DNA of 63,221 nucleotides, filler included, from It is 6 parts of 6 records of this genome, joined end to end, with 100 filler letters (N's around TTAATTAATTAA, not from the genome) between each part and the next. Parts side by side here need not be neighbours in the genome. Positions count along the whole stretch, not along the records: positions 55,982 to 63,221 come from DRR723986_4912; 5 more parts are not named here. One strand, 5' to 3'. Shown piece by piece: positions 62,077 to 63,221 of this stretch (position 1 is its first letter; each line of letters starts with the position of its first letter). The notes under the pieces were generated by a model. It saw only the letters and a program-made list of their open reading frames with translations, ran no database searches and was not told where the DNA came from. The position numbers and the translations under genes were made by a program.

Positions 62077-62922
62077 ATGGATAACTCGTCCAAGACGCAG
62101 CAACGCCGTACTTTCCTCCAAACTCTCGGCGCAGGGGCCGCAGTCACTGCACTCATGCCTTTGGCTTCCGCCTGCCAGCGTGCCGAATCACCGGCCGAAG
62201 ATGCGGCAACCGGCGTCAAAGCGGCCGACACGGAAGCACCGGCGACACATTCCGCCGGCACCGAGCACAAAGGTGCAAGCTGGATGGCAGCCAATGCGCC
62301 GATGAGCGACGACAAATATCCCTACGAGCTTCCGCCGCTTCCCTACGCGTTTGACGCACTCGAACCGCATATCGACGCGATGACGATGGAAATCCATCAC
62401 GACCGTCACCATGCCGGATACACAAAAAAACTCAACGCCGCGCTCGAAGGTCATCCGGAGCTACATCGCCGCTCAATTGGCGAACTCCTCAGCAGCCTTG
62501 ACGTACTCCCAGAGGCAGTGCGCACGGCAGTCCGCAACAACGGCGGCGGTTATTACAACCACAAATTATTCTGGACCACAATGTCTCCCACGGGCGGCGG
62601 CCAACCGGAAGGCGCTTTACTCGAAATGATAGTGCGCGACTTCGGCTCCTATGCTGAGATGCTCGCACAGTTTGACGCCAACGCAGCCACGGTATTCGGC
62701 AGCGGCTGGGCCTGGCTGGTGTTAAACAAGGAAAACGCCCTGGAAGTAGTCAAAACCTCTAATCAGGACAACCCAATGACTATGGGCATGCGTCCGCTCC
62801 TCGGCATCGACGTTTGGGAACACGCCTATTACCTCAAGTATCAAAACAAGCGCACGGACTACATTTCGGCCTTTGCAAACGTCATAAACTGGGAACAGGT
62901 CGCCAAAAACATCGACGTTTAA
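62077..62922 (+). CDS. sodA: Fe/Mn superoxide dismutase (probably Mn-type) with a Tat/lipoprotein-like leader
   Basis: [39 protein letters not shown]-terminal QRRTFL...LASAC. Confidence 0.92.
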   Translation: MDNSSKTQQRRTFLQTLGAGAAVTALMPLASACQRAESPAEDAATGVKAADTEAPATHSAGTEHKGASWMAANAPMSDDKYPYELPPLPYAFDALEPHIDAMTMEIHHDRHHAGYTKKLNAALEGHPELHRRSIGELLSSLDVLPEAVRTAVRNNGGGYYNHKLFWTTMSPTGGGQPEGALLEMIVRDFGSYAEMLAQFDANAATVFGSGWAWLVLNKENALEVVKTSNQDNPMTMGMRPLLGIDVWEHAYYLKYQNKRTDYISAFANVINWEQVAKNIDV

Positions 62923-63103
62923 CGGGCACAGGTAGGCCCCACAGGCTGACGGATTCTTTGCACAAAAAACGTTGGTCGTTCAGGCGCAAACACATTTGCA
63001 TTGCAGCGCCTCCCGCCATTCCATTTGGGTGGCTTGCTTTTAATACCTTTTATGTTTGTCGCTGTGCTGGAATTCTCGAGCATTTCAGACAGTCTTGAGT
63101 CTC

Positions 63104-63138
63104 GCGGCTGCTCCCCCACCAGGGGGAGCAGCCGCTTT
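63104..63138 (+). terminator. Strong GC hairpin, probable intrinsic terminator
   Basis: GCGGCTGCTCCCCC-ACCA-GGGGGAGCAGCCGC-TTT, a perfect 14-bp stem. Confidence 0.75.
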
Positions 63139-63180
63139 GCGTTTCAGGACTTACAGGCTGCGAGTTTGAAGACTTGCAGA

Positions 63181-63206
63181 ATTACGGCTCACAATTACGG
63201 CTCACA
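63181..63206. repeat. 13-bp perfect tandem duplication
   Basis: ATTACGGCTCACA twice. Confidence 0.85.
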
Positions 63207-63221
63207 GCCCTTAGGGCTAAC

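Overview
This window is not one continuous locus. It holds six contigs joined by 100-nt artificial spacers (44 N + TTAATTAATTAA + 44 N), so adjacency across a spacer has no biological meaning. Contig 1 (1-13038) is a visibly lower-GC alphaproteobacterial accessory region with IS3 and integrase remnants, a sulfatase/HlyD module and a SAM-cyclase-STAND-TPR + DUF4242 + BBE-like flavoprotein cluster. Contig 2 (13139-23715) carries an AtuA-like/TRAP/cyclase-family/LacI catabolic cluster, a decayed IS5-family element and an eroded tetronate operon (ltnD remnant-otnK-otnC). Contig 3 (23816-29790) carries a sugar ABC ATPase, glucokinase and pcaQ-pobA-pcaDCHG. Contig 4 (29891-41397) is a Rhodobacteraceae origin region (mnmG-mnmE-rho-hemJ / oriC / maf-aroE-coaE-dnaQ, secB-fxsA, tim44-mltA-smr) with a perfect parS. 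Contig 5 (41498-55881) carries rocF-ctlX-ocd, a LysR-LLM monooxygenase-tautomerase-hydrolase cluster, a DEAD helicase, dsbB and xdhC/molybdopterin/2Fe-2S genes. Contig 6 (55982-63221) looks like a different, probably non-alphaproteobacterial organism; it encodes a stand-alone protein with a Cry delta-endotoxin domain-I-like region, a VPS10/BNR propeller, an Hpt protein and a Tat-exported SOD. The best novelty candidates are the Cry-like protein, the cyclase-STAND/DUF4242/flavoprotein module and the TgnB-like monooxygenase cluster. All family calls come from recognising motifs by eye; no searches were run.
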